Assembly (NCBI RefSeq): GCF_006345805.1
Contig: NC_043012.1
Coordinates: 51,398,001 to 51,462,000, forward strand
DNA length: 64,000 nt
Origin: Octopus sinensis
Taxonomy: Eukaryota
Reading direction: 5' to 3'
A model generated the notes under the pieces. The model did no database searches and had not been told where the DNA came from. It worked only from the letters and a program-made list of their open reading frames with translations. This document shows, in pieces, positions 13,772 to 26,389 of the stretch. Numbering within the stretch: the stretch's first letter is position 1; every line of letters starts with the position of its first letter. The translations under genes and the position numbers were made by a program.

Positions 13772-13967
13772 GATTGAGTAAATATATGGTCAAAGCGATT
13801 ACTTCCACGGTCATCCAATCTTTCTTTCAGACGTATGCTTGCATTATTATTGGGATTTAAATCCGAGGAGATTTGACCACTGTGTGTGAGTGTGTGTGTG
13901 TATGTGTGAATGTGAGTGTCTTTCGTGTATGTATGTGTTTGTACACAAACTGGTAAAATATATTGGT

Positions 13968-14105
13968 TTCAAATTTTGACACAAGGCCAGTAATATAGGA
14001 TTACTTCCATCTCAATGCAGAAACGTTGCTTATTTTATCGACCAAAGAAGAATGAATCGTAATGTCGACCACGGTTGAAATTTGAACCCAGAACGTGAAG
14101 ACATC
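13968..14105 (-). mobile_element. SINE family A partial, degenerate
   Basis: TCAAATTTTGACACAAGGCCAG ... GTCGACCACGGTTGAAATTTGAACCCAGAACG. Confidence 0.7.
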
Positions 14106-14178
14106 CGATATTCCATTGTTCATTGTAAATCATTTTTATATTAATTGAATCACATTTAAAGGTAATTACAGCAGTACT

Positions 14179-14372
14179 GTGGAGGTGCAATGACCCAGTA
14201 ATTAGGGCAGCGGACTCGCGGTCGTAAGAACGCGGTTTCGATTCCCAGACCGGGCATTGTGAGTGTTTATTGAGCAAAAACAACTAAGCTCCACGACGCT
14301 TAGGTGGCGGGGGAGGGGGTGAACCCCGCTGTACTCTTTCACCATATCTTTCTCTCACTCTTTCTACCTACA
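14179..14372 (+). mobile_element. tRNA-headed SINE, family C
   Basis: GTGGAGG...GCAGCGGACTCGCGGTCG...TTCGATTCCCAGACCGGGC head homologous to the 52837-53149 copy. Confidence 0.75.
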
Positions 14373-14882
14373 TCTGCCACAAAGCAGAGGAACCACGGTG
14401 TAGCACACTATGGTGTGGTAAACTTTCAGACCCTAGTCTAGATTTCGAATCCTCTGTACCCCACGATAGTTCAACTTTCCACCTGTTAAAAATCCACCGT
14501 TTACGGAATGAGGATAACAACGTACCTTTCGGGCCCGTGCAACCGCCAGTCTATCGCGTGTGGTGGGTGGATTTTCAAGTTGCAACACGCATTCTTAGTA
14601 GCTTATAGTAGGTTCGAATTAGAGATTATTCTTTGTGTTTAATGGCGTGAGTCCTGATTGAAAGAAGAAGAAGAAGAAGAAGAAGAAGGAGACAATACTA
14701 ACGTTAGAAAACTTGTAAAAGTTCTATTATAATGCGACTTTGATTTTCCTTTACTTTATTCAATTACTTTTTAAGAATAGAACCAGCGATGAATTCTATA
14801 TTTAACTCTCCTTTTTCTATCTCGCTCCCTACTTCCAGTTCTGCTGCCAATTGTTTTCACAGTTATTTAAATAACACACACT

Positions 14883-15120
14883 GCGGCGAGTTGGCAGAAA
14901 CGTTAGCGCTCCGGCCAAAATGCTTAGCATTAGTTCGTCTGCCGCTACTTTCTAAGTTCAAATTCCACTGAGGTCGACTTTGCCTTTCATCCTTTCGGGG
15001 TCGATTAAATAAGTACCAGTTACGCATTGTGGTGGATATAATCGACTTAATCCGTTTGTCTGTCCTTGTTTGTCCTCTCTGTGTTTAGCCCATTGTTGGT
15101 AGTAAAGAAATAGGTATTTT
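14883..15120 (+). mobile_element. SINE family A, full length
   Basis: GGCGAGTTGGCAGAAACGTTAGC head, GTTCAAATTCC B-box-like motif, GTCGACTTTGCCTTTCATCCTTTCGGGGTCGA core. Confidence 0.9.
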
Positions 15121-15131
15121 GTCTGTCAAAA

Positions 15132-15360
15132 AGGCGACGAGCTGGCAGAAACGTTAGCACGCCGGACGAAATGCGTAGCCGTATTTCGTCTGTCGTTAAG
15201 TTCCGAGTTCAAATTCCGCCGAGGTCGACTTTGCCTTTCACCCTTTCGAGGTCAATAAATTAAGTACCAGTTACGCACTTATGTCGATATAATCGACTTA
15301 ATTCGTTTGTCTGTCCTTGTTTGTGCCCTCTGTGTTTAGCCCCTAGTGGGTAGTAAAGAT
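15132..15360 (+). mobile_element. SINE family A, full length, tandem to previous copy
   Basis: Same head, core and tail immediately downstream. Confidence 0.9.
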
Positions 15361-16902
15361 ATATATATTTAAATAACGCACACTAGATATCATTTTGAGG
15401 GACCGGATGTAGGTGTCATTAACTTTAATTTTATATTAGATTTGCTTTATTGGTGTCATTGCAACGCAGTCGTTTTCTTTAGTTGCAGTTGAGTCTGGGT
15501 GCAGGGTTCGCTTTGCTGCTTTTCCAGATGACATTTTAAGAATGTGCCCTGGCCATGTGCATAGTAAGTATGTTTTACTTATAGATCTATAGGAGATAAC
15601 ACCATTGATATTTATAAGTAGTTCTTTCCATGATATTGTTGTGATTCAGTCTTGTTGTATTGTCGAAGAAGCCATTCCTTTCTCCCTCTTTGTTCATTGT
15701 CCAGCCTTTGTATAGTGTGAATGAGTTATAACAGCAATTTAGATCTTGCACTTAATTCTGAAAATTTGTTCCATAACCAATAGGTACAGTCATCCAAAAT
15801 AAGATGGCATCTGCCATCTTATTTTGTAACTTACTATCAATATAATCATTTTCGATATTGCACTCACAAAAGGCGTAAAATCTTCAATAGTTTTCAGGTT
15901 AATGCTTTCAGCTCTGATCTTTTCTTCGACAGGAATAGCCACTGCTTTTCTCATATGTATTCTGATATGAATTGTTTTTGATGTAGTGAAGAGCGCATGC
16001 ACATCAATCCATTCGTGTGTTGATGTATCAGTGATAACTGCACTGTCATCCAATCACAGTAGTTAGCTGAGCAGTATGAAAGTGGATCATATAGTTGCCT
16101 TTAAAACGAGTAACTGTAAACGGGAACGAAATTTAGCGGTGCAAAATATAGCCTCTGTCTTCTAAATATCTGATGTCATCTGCTAGTATTGTTACGAGAA
16201 TTCCAGTACATTGTCTAAGGCGATTCTCTATTAACATACTGCTATCAGCTTCTGCCATTTTAGTGCTTATCATTCTAATTTTACGCTTTTTGTAAACATG
16301 CTGAAAATTGAGGCAATTTCAACATTTTTAGAAAATAATTCTCTTTTAACTATTAATTTTAAAGCAGATGCACATCACATCATTTATAAAACAAGTAAGA
16401 TTGCTTAGGTTGTTTATCACCATGTAAGCCCCTGTGAGCTTTATAATTCGGATCGTATGTCATTTTTACGTACATAGTGTATACGATATTTCATTATCCA
16501 GTGTATCGTTCAATTTTAAAACGCACATGTTCTACTTAGCGAATGATCCACAGCGCTGAAAGCCCTCTTGAGTTGGAAGATTTTGGTAATTAAGTTTTGT
16601 TTATATGAGATGTGACATTAACGGACCTTCTAATTTATAAGAACCGCCGTAAATTTGGACATATGACAATTTATTCGATAATACTGGTCACTGGATAATA
16701 TCAGTTACCGATCATAGCGTGCGTAGTTAAATAGCCGAAGAAAGACCTGTTAAGCGATCTTTATTCTCGAGTTTAACAGAAGAAAGTCCCGGGACGTATG
16801 TCAAACGTTTATCATATTAAATTGTTCACAGATCATTGGCACCAGATATATGAAATTCAGGATTGCTAACGTGTATACATACATACATACATACCTATAT
16901 AC

Positions 16903-16949
<47 letters not shown>

Positions 16950-16970
16950 CGCACACTCTCACTCACACAC

Positions 16971-17365
16971 GCACAGAGGCTGTGTGGCAAGTAGCTTGCT
17001 TATCAACCACATGGTTCTGGGTTCAGTTCCATTGCATGGCATCTTAGGTAAGTGTCTTCTACAATAGCTTTGGGCCGACCAAAGCCTTGTGAGTGGATTT
17101 GGTGGACGGAAACTGGAAGAAGCCTGTCGTAAGTATATGTATATATATATGTATATATATTTGTGTGTGTGTGTGTGCGTGTATGTGTGTGTGTGTCTAT
17201 GTTTGTCACCCAACATCGCTTGACAACCGATGATGATGTGTTAACGTGCCCGTAACATACCAGTTCGGCAAAAGTGACCGATAGAATAAATTAGGCTTAC
17301 AAAGTATAAGTCCTGGTGCTCCAGTATAGCCGCAGTCAAAATGACTGAAGCAAGTAAAAGAATAG
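16971..17365 (+). mobile_element. SINE family B
   Basis: Same head and tail as the 13309 copy. Confidence 0.85.
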
Positions 17366-17408
17366 AAGAAATATATATATGCCCATCAGTGGCTTTATAA
17401 GCGCAGGA

Positions 17409-18438
17409 GAAAAAATTATTAAATGAAATGTTTTGTAAATATTTCCATAATCTTCAAAGAGGTAGTGTATTTTCCATTCTTCTGCCTCTCTTGATATATC
17501 TTTTCCTTTGCGAAGGCTCGTAAGATAGGTAGTATCAGATCTGAAAAATTGTGTCAATGGGTGCATGGATACTTTTAGTTCAGAAGTTTGATTGAGTAAG
17601 CAGCATCAGCCGGAGAAGAATAGGAAGAAGAAGAAGATAAACAAGATGAAAAAGAATAAAAACAGGAGTGGTATTACCCAGTAGTGGAGGCTGTCCGTTG
17701 ACTCTACTTTAATGGTCAAGTGACCTTCAAGTGACCTGTTGTGGTTCTAGCAGCAATAGTATTAGGAAATGTTTTAGATAAACTAGTGGGTAGCGATTGT
17801 TCTTATTACATCTACCATTTTAATATTTCCGTGGGTATTATTCTAAGTTCCCTATTGTAGTGTACTCTGTGGTGAAAGCATTCAAAAAAGGTTTATATTT
17901 TGCGATAAAATATGATTCTCTGCTAATGCGCTGATTATAGGTTGCATTGTCCCTAAATTTATAGAGAGTAAAAATTCTAAAGTTGGGCGGTTCAACTTTA
18001 GAATTGTTTCCCACTCTAAATTTAGGGACAATGCAACATATAATCAGCGCATGAGCAAAGAATCATGTTTAATTGCAAAATATAAACCTCTTTGGAATGC
18101 TTCCATCACAGATGACATTTGCTACTACAACCACAACGGGTCACTTTAAAACCCACTTCGCCATTAAAGTAGATTCCACGTACAGCCTCTACTACTGACT
18201 AATACCACTCCCGCCGTCTTCTTCTTCTTCTTCATCCCTCTTCCTTGGGTTTCTTCTTTTTCTTCTTCTTTGGCTGCTGCTGTTTAAACTAACAAGCTTC
18301 AGAACCAAATATACCCTTGCACCCATAAACACGAGCTTTGACAATTGAAAAGAGAGAGGCACAGAAAAGAAAGAAAATGTCCTACCTATTTGAAGACTAT
18401 GGAAATATTTACAAAATATTTCAATAATAGTTTTTTTC
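17409..18438. repeat. ~1-kb diverged inverted repeat (foldback), apex 17986-17992
   Basis: Nested matching blocks, e.g. TTTTGTAAATATTTCCATA / TATGGAAATATTTACAAAA, GGAGTGGTATTA / TAATACCACTCC, and perfect inner stem AATTCTAAAGTTG-GGCGGTT-CAACTTTAGAATT. Confidence 0.9.
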
Positions 18439-18784
18439 AATTTAATTGTTTTTCTTCACAATTAATATCTGCCTTTTGTTTTACTCTTAGTTGAAAAAGT
18501 CGAAAACACACAAACCGATGCTAACCATCACAAAATGCATTTCATAATAAAATTATTTTAGAATTTTCTACCTTGTCTTATTTTCCTTGTAGATATCAAC
18601 TCCTGTGTCACTTTTCAACATTCTACACACCCACAAACACACACACACATGTATATATAAATGAAAAGTAACTGGAGATATACAATTGTCAATTCAACAA
18701 TTAAAATCTGTTAACATAATATTATTTTATATTATATTCGTATAAAAATATAATATTCATATAATGATATATTCTTTTCTACTC

Positions 18785-18945
18785 TAGGCACAAGACCTGA
18801 TATTTTTGGGTGGAGGCCAATCGATTAGATCTACCCTAGAATGCGAATGGTACTTTATTTAGCGACCCCGAAATAATAAAAGGCAAAGTCGAACTCGGCG
18901 GAATTAGAACTCAGAACATGAAGACATACGAAATACCACTAAACA
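18785..18945 (-). mobile_element. SINE family A, degenerate
   Basis: GCGACCCCGAAATAATAAAAGGCAAAGTCGAACTCGGCGGAATTAGAACTCAGAAC. Confidence 0.8.
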
Positions 18946-19214
18946 TGGATATTTATAATTCGATTATTGGTACGAATCGAAACAATCGTATGTAATTTGT
19001 ATTCAATGATAATAAATTTTAATTTTTGAATTGACAATTTTATATCTCAAGTTTCTTTTGATTTTTATAAATTTAATATAGATCTATATGAATTAAAAAG
19101 TTTCGCTCTACTAAATGGAGTATCAAACAGTTAAGCCAGTGCAAAAATTGAATGTTTTCTTCCTTATAAGACGAACATTATTTCCTTGTATAGGATCTTA
19201 ATATATATATACAG

Positions 19215-19315
<101 letters not shown>

Positions 19316-20009
19316 TTAATGTTACCTTGCGTACATTTAAACTATAAATGTATGAGTTTAAGATTCCATTCCACAGACTGAAAGTAATCATAAGAGAAAG
19401 TGTTTACATGTTTGAAACACAATTAGTCTGCACACATCTGTATGCTAACGATTATTTCATTACAATCTAAATAATCCAAAATCGCTCTCACCATTTTCAT
19501 ATTTTAGACACTCAAATATCTTGTATAGGTAAGCTAATGTAGATGTATACAGCTGAGTTATTTACGTATCTATATATCTATCTGTCATCTATCTATGTGT
19601 CAATCTATGCGTTTATGAATGTTTCTTTATATATATGTACATACATAAACCGGTTACTAATGTTTCATACAGACATGGGCTACAAAAGGCCCATGCATTC
19701 CCTTCATGACAGTATTTTTAATCATATAAATCTGAAATGTGCTGCGATGTTCCTAACCCCCATTTCTAAGTATGCCCTTAAAACTCTTTACTGCACTCTT
19801 CATTTGATAGCCGTTCCTTTAAATTTGAGTACAGGTTCATTTCTTTACTTTCAGTATCACTTGGACTGGTATATATTGTAACCACAGACCCACATAAATA
19901 TTCAATAATGTAATAACCACTTTCAGTACAGATATAAACCCATATGTATTTGAAGAAGAAAAAACATAAATGTTTTAAGAATGCATAACTCACAACTATA
20001 GAGCAGGGT

Positions 20010-20450
20010 TATTTGGATGTCTGGGACTCAGAGGAGCAGCCTAAACTCTTCTGGTACCTGGAAGCTTCAGAAGATTTGGTCTCATTGTTAACACTTGTCG
20101 GATTTCGTATCCAACAAACGTGATGCACCCTGTTACTTGTAAGATTCGGGAGCGCCACCTAAAAATGCTTGTCCATGTCGCTCAATTTTTCGAGTTAGAC
20201 CCTGCTTAGCGTGTTCTATTCATTGAGGATCCGCCACTGCTTATTGTGTTCTCTTCATTGAGGATCGGATTGGGTTAACCACAGTTTGGTTGACCACATG
20301 TCACAATTATTACGGCAGATTAGGAAGCATCTCGAGAAGATGGCGACTAAGTGGACCACTACTCGTCGAGTCATTCGGGAGGACACGCGAATATACTAAC
20401 TGTTGGTGGATGCAGGAATGTGCCGCAATGGTGCATGCCACCGCCTCTCC
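20010..20450 (+). mobile_element. RTE-clade LINE 3' fragment, decayed
   Basis: Peptides SDFVSNKR and PVTCKIRERHLKMLVHVAQFFELDPA*RVLFIED resemble the RTE C-terminal IRERQLRLFGHVARF...DPAHR motif. Confidence 0.65.
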
Positions 20451-22527
20451 CTTTAACTATTTAAAAATTGAATAAATGAATACTTAAACATTTTGCCTGT
20501 ACATTGGGTGGAAAACTGTAAACTGCAATTTACAATTAAAGCAATTCAAAGCGAGATACAAGATGTCCATTTTATAAAGATCTTAAGAGATGGAAAAAGA
20601 TTAAATGACCTTTAGAATACTAGACGCATCTTGTGAAGGAGAGTATATCTTTTCCACAATGAAGCATGAATATACGGCTTGCGATTTCACGTATTAAATC
20701 AGTACTAAAGGACATACAAACAGTTCAATAAATGTTCACCAGATAATCAACTCAAACAGGTGATATTCTTACATGAACACGCTGTTGACTCTTTACTGAA
20801 TAATATAACTTTATTAGCGTAATGCAATCTAAAATTTTCTTTTAAATAATTTAACGGTAGATCATTTGATTTAAAGTTTAATTTCTTGTTATAAATATCG
20901 TATCTACAGTAACATTTGCAATTATATCTCACTACATACCATTACGACGAATCAAAGTGCAACAAATAATAGAAAAATAATGACTTGTTCTCTTTTACCA
21001 ACCACTTTATATTTTATTTTCAGAAAATGAGCGAAAAATATGTAGAAGTTCAACGTTAATGAGTTGTCATTTATGCAGATTACCAAAAGGTTGTTTTAAA
21101 TAAGTTCAACATTCATTATTCATGTTCGCCATTATTCGACAATTTGCTTACTACAAAGTTATCTATTTACTTTGATTGTTAAACATATATGAAATGCTGC
21201 AGTGCTCTGCAATTATTTAAAGGCTGATTCCATAAAAGCTACTTTAATTTTGCTTTGTTTCTGTATGTAACATTGAATGTTGAAAAGAAGATACGGGCTA
21301 AATTAAAATACCTGTAATGCTAAGCAGAGGGAAAGACATGTCTTAGAATAATTTTACACGGTTTTTGTATTTTCTGTCCTAGCTTATCTTCCATTAAAGA
21401 ATATATTTTACATATTTTATTATACACAGTTGCTGCGGTAGAAACAACCCTGTTATAATTTATGCCTGGTTGATTAAGCACTTCACATATTAGATATTTC
21501 ATACCAAAAAAAAATTAAATAGACAATCTTCTATAACATTTAAAATACAATCAGGAAGCAATCGGGAATGGTCATTATTCTCTTGTTAAATCGTGTAGTT
21601 AAGTGAGCATAAAAACCTTTAATATTATTAGTGAGACACTTTAGCATCCGGATATTCACCGGAAATAGACGCAAATTTTTAACGTTGCGTTTGAAGTTGT
21701 TATATATTAGATATTTTGTTATTCATTATCACATGAGTTGAGAGATTGAATGAAGTTGCTTATTTAACTTTTATGTTTGATTTGTTTAACACTATTAGGA
21801 AGAAATTGTTTTCCTATTTTCGCTTCTCACAATGCAAGTGATACACTTGTTAATTTCCTGTTAATTAACTATCTCTTCATATTCCAAGGCTTTTGTAGTT
21901 TCCATAGTTACAATATTTCATGAGGGAGCTGGGATAGGAGGAAAATCAGATATGCATAATAATAGGAAAACAGGATAAACATAAAAACACGGAATTATAA
22001 TTCCTAGTATTTATTTAAAAGCATGCGATGAGTTCGGCAGTGTCAGCTCGGCCTTGTAAAATAGTGTTTAGAGTTCAAATCACGTAAAAAAAAAAGGAAC
22101 AAACTAGTAAAATCGCTCCCACTTACAGCTGCAAAAGATAAATTTATTTGTTTGGTAACTACTGTCTCACAATTTAACTAAGTATAGAATTAATAAAATT
22201 ATTGTAAGTTTTTTTCCATATGAAATATTCATAACATCACAGTTCATGCATTAAAACACACTAACTCACACGAAAATACATGCATGCAAATTAAATATAT
22301 ATATTGTTTTACAAACAACTTGCAGATGCAAATGCTACTAGTAGAAAGCTCCGCTAGGAAGTTTATCAGATCATCCCATAAGTAATGTCAACACTTCTAT
22401 ATTTTCAATTTGTAAACGCTTTAACAGTATTTTAGAATATCTAATGGCACCAATTAATATTTGCATGTAAGTGGATAAATATATATTAAAGTTCATTTTG
22501 CAGGATAATCGAATTGAAATTTCACCA

Positions 22528-23527
22528 ATGGATCACTGGATCATTTGAGGCACATAATACTGTATGAGTTTAAACATACAGATGAGGGTTTGTAAAATTC
22601 AGCCTTGAGTGGCCTGAACATGAAGTCCGACTGGGTTTAATAACAGGCTCATTTTCGCAGATTTTAAAACAAAGATCGCGAAGTTTCAATTGAAGAATTG
22701 GCAAGCAAACTTCGTTCAAGCAATACAATAGGCGCAGGAGTGGCTGTGTGGTAGGTAGCTTGCTAACCAACCATATGGTTCCGGGTTCAGTCCCACTGCG
22801 TGGCATCTTGGGCAAGTGTCTTCTGCTATAGCCCCGGGCCGACCAATGCCTTGTGAATGGATTTGGTAGACGGAAACTGAAAGAAGCCTGTCGTATATAT
22901 GTATACATATATGTGTGTGTGTATATGTTTGTGTGTCTCTGTTTGTCCCCCCTAGCATTGCTTGACAAGCGATGCTGGTGTGTTTACGTCCCCGTTACTT
23001 AGCGGTTCGGCAAAAGAGGCCGATAGAATAAGTACTGGGCTTACAAAGAATAAGTCCCGGGGTCGATTTGCTCGACTAAAGGCGGTGCTCCAGCATGGCC
23101 GCAGTCAAATGACTGAAACAAGTAAAAGAGTAAGAGTAAAAGAGTAACTGTTCACCGCCATTTTGACGGCTTGAAAAGGTCCCAAAACTCGGAAAGTGTG
23201 TGCCTTATGATTTTTCTGAAGCCAACTGAAAAACAGGAGGGATTTATCAGAAAAATGCAATATCCCACACTGCAAAGAACTTGGCTGGGAGTGAATTGTT
23301 TAACCGCCTTATTCCCCAGATTTTACTCCTTACCATTTATTCCATAGTTTACAAAATCATTTGGGTGGATAAACTCTCGAAACAACTGAGGAAGTCGAAC
23401 CTGACCGTTCAGAGTCCGTCCCCTTGAAACCGAAGGAGAGTTTATCACTAATAGGATTAAAGTTCTTACAAATAGATGGAAACATGCCATAGATTATCAC
23501 GGCAACTATATTGACGAATGTCATTAA
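22528..23527 (+). mobile_element. Decayed, internally deleted mariner transposase gene interrupted by a SINE
   Basis: DHLRHIILYEFK, EELASKLRSSNT|TVHRH, GKVPKLGKCVPYDFSEAN (WVPHEL-like), PPYSPDF..YHLFHSLQNHLGG (23304), RWKHAIDYHGNYID. Confidence 0.85.
22729..23147 (+). mobile_element. SINE family B, full length, nested in mariner
   Basis: Complete head, microsatellite and tail ending AAAAGAGTAAGAGTAAAAGAGTAA; removing it rejoins the mariner frame (ACA A|CT GTT CAC). Confidence 0.95.
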
Positions 23528-23654
23528 GATGTAAGATTTAATCACTTGTTTTACTTATCAAAAATCCAGACCCACTAATTATGGGATGATCTGATATATG
23601 TGTGTGCGCGTGTGTGTGTGAGTGAGTGTGTGTGGGCGTGTGTGTAATAAATAA

Positions 23655-23809
23655 ATATTTCTTTACTACCTACAAGGGGCCAAACACAGAGGGGACAAAC
23701 AAGGACAGGCACACGAATTAATTCGAATGCATCGACCCCAGTGCATAACTGGTACTTAATTTATCGATCCCGAAAGGATGAAAGGCAAAGTCGACCTCGG
23801 CGGAATTAT
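23655..23809 (-). mobile_element. SINE family A 3' part, cut off by the adjacent family B copy
   Basis: Core ends at GGCGGAATT directly before ATAGGCGCAGG. Confidence 0.85.
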
Positions 23810-23810
23810 A

Positions 23811-24290
23811 GGCGCAGGTGTGGTATTAATAGGTGCAGACATATCTGTACGATAAGAACCTTGCTTCCCATATACATAGCTTCGGATTCAGTCCCACTGT
23901 GGCACCCGGGAAAGTGTCTTCTGCTGTCAAGCTGACAAAAGACTTGTGAGTGACTTTGGTAAACGTAAACTGAAAGGTGCCCATGGTATATTTATACGTG
24001 TGCCTCTGTTTGTTCCCTGCCACGGATTGCCAAGCGGTGTTTTGTGTGTTTCACGACCCGCAGAAAAAGGCCGACAGAATAATTACAAGGCATAGAAAAT
24101 AATAATTACTCGTATTCATTCCCTCAACTAACAATTTCTCAAAGCTGTAAACTGGCTTACCAACCACACAGTTCCGGTTTCAATTCCACTGCGCGGAAAC
24201 TTAGGCAAGTATCTTCTATGACAACCTCAGACCGACCAAAGTCTTGCGAGTGGACTTAGTGGAGGAAACTGAAAGGCCTTCGTATATATA
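23811..24290 (+). mobile_element. Degenerate SINE family B copies (one near complete plus one partial)
   Basis: GGCGCAGG head, GGATTCAGTCCCACTGTGGCACC, second head CCAACCACACAGTTCCGGTTTCAATTCCACTGCG. Confidence 0.7.
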
Positions 24291-24293
24291 TAA

Positions 24294-24373
<80 letters not shown>

Positions 24374-24374
24374 C

Positions 24375-24411
<37 letters not shown>

Positions 24412-24706
24412 AAAGGATTCTCAAACTGATTCTCAATCGCATGACTCTAGCTTCTCAAGCACGACTCCGCCTTCAGTCCCATTACTTAGGGCTAAGCAAA
24501 GTCTCGTGAGTAGATTAAGTGAACGGAAACTGCAAAAATCCCTCTCCACGTCTTCGTTAAATTGGAGTTCGGCAGAACAGAAGAACCAATCTGAAGAAAA
24601 TAAGTATTGGGCTCGATTCATTCGACTAAAAGTTCTTCAAACATGCGACAGTATGGCCGGTGTATAAGGTGTAAAACATGTAAACTACATTATTTATTTA
24701 TACATT

Positions 24707-24775
<69 letters not shown>

Positions 24776-24828
24776 CTAATAGATAGACAGATAGGCAGAT
24801 AGATAGATAAATATATATATATATATAT

Positions 24829-24863
<35 letters not shown>

Positions 24864-25678
24864 TACACAAAAAAGACAATCAGGACGACCTTAAATCTTT
24901 TCACTATCTCTGTCAATCTACTGAGAATTTTCAAATATTGCATAGACAAAAATCAACTTACACAGACGAATACAGGAACACTTACATGTATAGATAGCAA
25001 TTTCTTTAAAATAAGCGTGTGTGCACACACTTCTCTCTGTTTTAAGATGTATGTTTTGAATATAGAAAGGAGTCAGGGTTGGGTAGAAAAGAAATCTAAA
25101 TATTAAATAAAGACAATCTTCTAAAATATATGTTACCATAATAATGGTAACGGTTTTATAACCTACCTCTCTAAAGAAACAGAGCGTAAATCAGAGAATG
25201 CCGATATATCATGGTAAAGCAAAAATATATATTACATTCGTTAGTTGTTCGTTGGTTTTTGACAAAATCATGATAAACGAAGTGGAAGTCATAAGTTAAT
25301 ATATACACATTCAATCAGATGTTTATTAACGTCTCTAGTTTATTATTTCATTGCAACATTCATGAAGGTTCAGCAAATATGAATATACTTCTACTATATC
25401 TTTGAATAAATGTTATATATTATAGGAAATATTTTATAGGCTATCAATGAGAGGAATCTTTGTGCTTTTTTCCCCCTCTTTCTGTCGTAGATATAGTTAC
25501 TTTATCAGTTAATGTTATATATTATTTGTTCTATGTTCAGAATACGTCCATTTTCTATGTAACTTACGGATGGAAATATACTTCGTATCAATAATATGGT
25601 TTCCATCGTATGCATAATAAACCTCACCGTATATTAAGCCATTACCGAACGTCTGGAAACACGGAGATAAATTTACGC

Positions 25679-25768
<90 letters not shown>

Positions 25769-25939
25769 ATGCGTACATATAAAATATATATATATATATG
25801 TATGTATATATGTAGATATACACACACACATATATACTATATTTATATATATAAACATATATAAGTGTTTGCGTGTATGTATATAGGTGTGTATGTATAA
25901 ATGCATATATTTATAAAGAAATAAATAATATGTGTGTGT

Positions 25940-25990
25940 GTTTGTATTATCATTATTGTTTTCGTATTGGTGACGTCCTGTACCCATATA
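25940..25990 (+). mobile_element. Short 3' terminus of a PLE-like repeat family ending in GACGTCCTGTACCCATA(TA)n
   Basis: Same terminal motif as 32380-32392 and the reverse complement at 58820-58840. Confidence 0.55.
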
Positions 25991-26045
25991 TGTATATATA
26001 TATATATATATAATATATTATATATATATATATATATATTATATA

Positions 26046-26352
26046 GAAGGAGCTTCTACAGGACTAGAACTGTTTCATTCAAGAGAAATCTTCAGGAAGC
26101 TAGTTAACAAGAATTGTATTGGCATTTATACATTTAGGCAGGTTTAAAGGGGTGTTGGTGGGGGACTTTTTGGGGGTAGGCATAGCGCAAAAAATCATAC
26201 TTGGGGGAGTGGTCAAGGAGTCAGTGTTAAATTAGATAGGAGAATAAATAAAAAATAAAAAAAAAAAAATAAATAAAAAATAAAAAATAAAAAATAAAAA
26301 ATAGAAAATAAAAAAATATAAAAAAATAAAAAAATAAAAATAAAAAAATAAA

Positions 26353-26389
<37 letters not shown>

